DNA of 20,000 nucleotides from Pachysolen tannophilus NRRL Y-2460 (lineage: Eukaryota): positions 350,261-370,260 of the forward strand of contig KV454016.1 of the NCBI GenBank assembly GCA_001661245.1. The letters are read 5' to 3'. The notes under the pieces were generated by a model, which did not search any database, had not been told where the DNA came from, and saw only the letters and a list, made by a program, of their open reading frames with translations. Made by a program: the position numbers and the translations under genes. Of the stretch, positions 18,253 to 20,000 are shown piece after piece. Each line of letters starts with the position of its first letter. Positions within the stretch are counted from its first letter, which is position 1.

Positions 18253-19770
18253 ATGGGAATTAACTCGAAGTATCACCAGTTTAGAAGCTTTGATGACTAC
18301 GACGACAGCTTCGACAATTCTTGTTACTGGCCAACTACTGAAGCAACTTCCCCTGAAAAGAGCAGGTTTCCGTTTCCATATAGTGAAATGTTTACCACTG
18401 GTCATAAGCTAAATCGGCTGCAATTGGTGTTACCATCTCAAAAATATTCCCTGACAAAGAAAACAGCTGCTGCTGTTGCTACAACAATCAACAGTAATGG
18501 AGGTGAAAGTGATTTTGAGTCATTATCATCGCCAGCAAGGTTTACACCTCTTACCAAATACGACACTCCTGGTAGTAGTAGCACATATAGTAGCAATTTG
18601 AGCTCTAATGGAGGTAGTTCTGGAATTGGGGGTGCAGAAGTTAGTTTGCCAGGTAATTTCAAAAATTCTGTTGCTGACTTAACTTATGAAAAAGATTATC
18701 TGTGGTGTAATTTTTCACATCAGCAGTCAGATGAAACTTTTGGGCAACAATTCTCATCAATTTACAACTCAATGTTAACCAATGATCTCATAACAGAAAG
18801 TACAATGGATAGTCCTTTAGATGATTTAACAACTTTTGGGTGTCATTTATTTCAAGATTACTTTGGTGAAAATCAAATGCTTTTAAAACCCCAGCCTCCA
18901 GTTGAAGATTCTAAAAGAAGACCTAGTTACGATACTGTTCAATATATGGAATTGGAAGCATTAATCAGGCCAAAAACAGACCCAAACAGAAATTCACGAA
19001 ATGTAATTATTTTCCCAGAATCTAATAATTCTGTTATGGAGCATAAAACTGCTCCATTAAAATTTCTCAAGAAATTTCAGCATTATGAAGACGATAATTA
19101 CAATTTTGAAGATGAAGATGGTAATAATAAAGCTGGCAATTATCAAGGCAAATATGTGAACATCGCAATCAAGCAACCAACTGCAGGCAGTAATTGCAAC
19201 GATTTTTTAGAAGACAGCAGCATCAGTGGTGAGTCTGAAGGTGCCTATGTACCAATTTTGGATCAACTTTTCAAAGATGAAAAGATATTAAACGAGATCA
19301 GGACTATGACCAAGAAAGGTAAATATAAATGTTCTCATTGTCCCTTATCTTTTAAAGATTTATTTGAATTTGCCAAACATTTGGATGAGGCAAGAGTCGT
19401 TAGAGCTTATAAGTGTACAGTTGATGGCTGTCCATGGAAAATTTTTGGTTTACCAAGAAGTGCAGAGTTAAGAAGGCATATTACGTCTCAGCATCTAGGA
19501 GGAGAAGAATCACACATCACAAAGAGCAAAGTTACAGGACCAAATAGTATTATCAACAAAAAACTAACGGATGGCAACATGAATATAAACGTAAATAACG
19601 AATTGGAAAATGTCAAATCAGGCAGAATCGATATGAAGTACCCTTGCACAGAAAAGCATTGCAACAAGAAATTCTGTAGAAAAGATTCATTAACAAGACA
19701 TCATAGATTAGTTCATTTAAACAAAACGAGTCGATTCAATAGAAGAATACTGAAAGATAATATTCAATAG
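18253..19770 (+). CDS. RME1: Rme1-family C2H2 zinc-finger transcription factor
   Basis: Three C-terminal fingers carry the Rme1 signature: CSHC...FEFAKHLDE (first finger lacking the second His, as in Rme1), YKCTVDGCPWKIFG...ELRRHITSQH, and CTEKHCNKKFCRKDSLTRHHRLVH. They are followed by the Rme1 C-terminal motif SRFNRR. Confidence 0.9.
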   Translation: MGINSKYHQFRSFDDYDDSFDNSCYWPTTEATSPEKSRFPFPYSEMFTTGHKLNRLQLVLPSQKYSLTKKTAAAVATTINSNGGESDFESLSSPARFTPLTKYDTPGSSSTYSSNLSSNGGSSGIGGAEVSLPGNFKNSVADLTYEKDYLWCNFSHQQSDETFGQQFSSIYNSMLTNDLITESTMDSPLDDLTTFGCHLFQDYFGENQMLLKPQPPVEDSKRRPSYDTVQYMELEALIRPKTDPNRNSRNVIIFPESNNSVMEHKTAPLKFLKKFQHYEDDNYNFEDEDGNNKAGNYQGKYVNIAIKQPTAGSNCNDFLEDSSISGESEGAYVPILDQLFKDEKILNEIRTMTKKGKYKCSHCPLSFKDLFEFAKHLDEARVVRAYKCTVDGCPWKIFGLPRSAELRRHITSQHLGGEESHITKSKVTGPNSIINKKLTDGNMNINVNNELENVKSGRIDMKYPCTEKHCNKKFCRKDSLTRHHRLVHLNKTSRFNRRILKDNIQ

Positions 19771-20000
19771 AGGACAATTCAAAAATAGATTTCTTTCCTT
19801 GTCCTAATAATACATTATGCACCATATGCATTTCCGATAAGATTTGTGATTACTGAATAGTAAAAAATCACATATTCTCATTATTTAAGTACAAGTTTTC
19901 AATGAAATAGGGGAAGAAGTAAAAGTGTAAAATCACAAGACTTGAGGCTAATTACAAACGGCAGACAAAAAAAAAAAAAAAAAAAAAACACACACAAATT

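Noticed and set aside
19324..19395. First zinc finger lacking its second His as a sign of degeneration
   Set aside because: This is a family trait of Rme1 (HLDE), not a lesion.

Overview
This is AT-rich eukaryotic DNA from a budding yeast (Saccharomycotina), probably outside the Saccharomyces genus. It holds eight apparently intronless protein genes and one assembly gap (N, 14176-14537). In order: a 5'-truncated Munc13-homology/C2-domain protein (YOR296W/Ync13-like, +); a Lam5/Lam6-type GRAM + StART-like sterol transporter (+); a CorA-family Mg2+ transporter (-); an Mco32/YGR053C-like mitochondrial protein (+); a Ksp1/Fmp48-family kinase (-); ribosomal protein eS1 (RPS1, +); a 1-Cys peroxiredoxin (PRX1, +); and an Rme1 zinc-finger regulator (+). 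I found no tRNA, rRNA, mobile element or CRISPR array, and I cannot support a genuinely new biological system here. The best second-look items are conserved MCO32-FMP48...RME1 order and orientation, a 9-bp repeat that begins at a stop codon, an inverted pair of Rap1-like sites upstream of RPS1, a G-tract/TF-site cluster upstream of the kinase, and orphan splice signals in a convergent intergenic region. Family calls come from motif recognition from memory, not from database searches.
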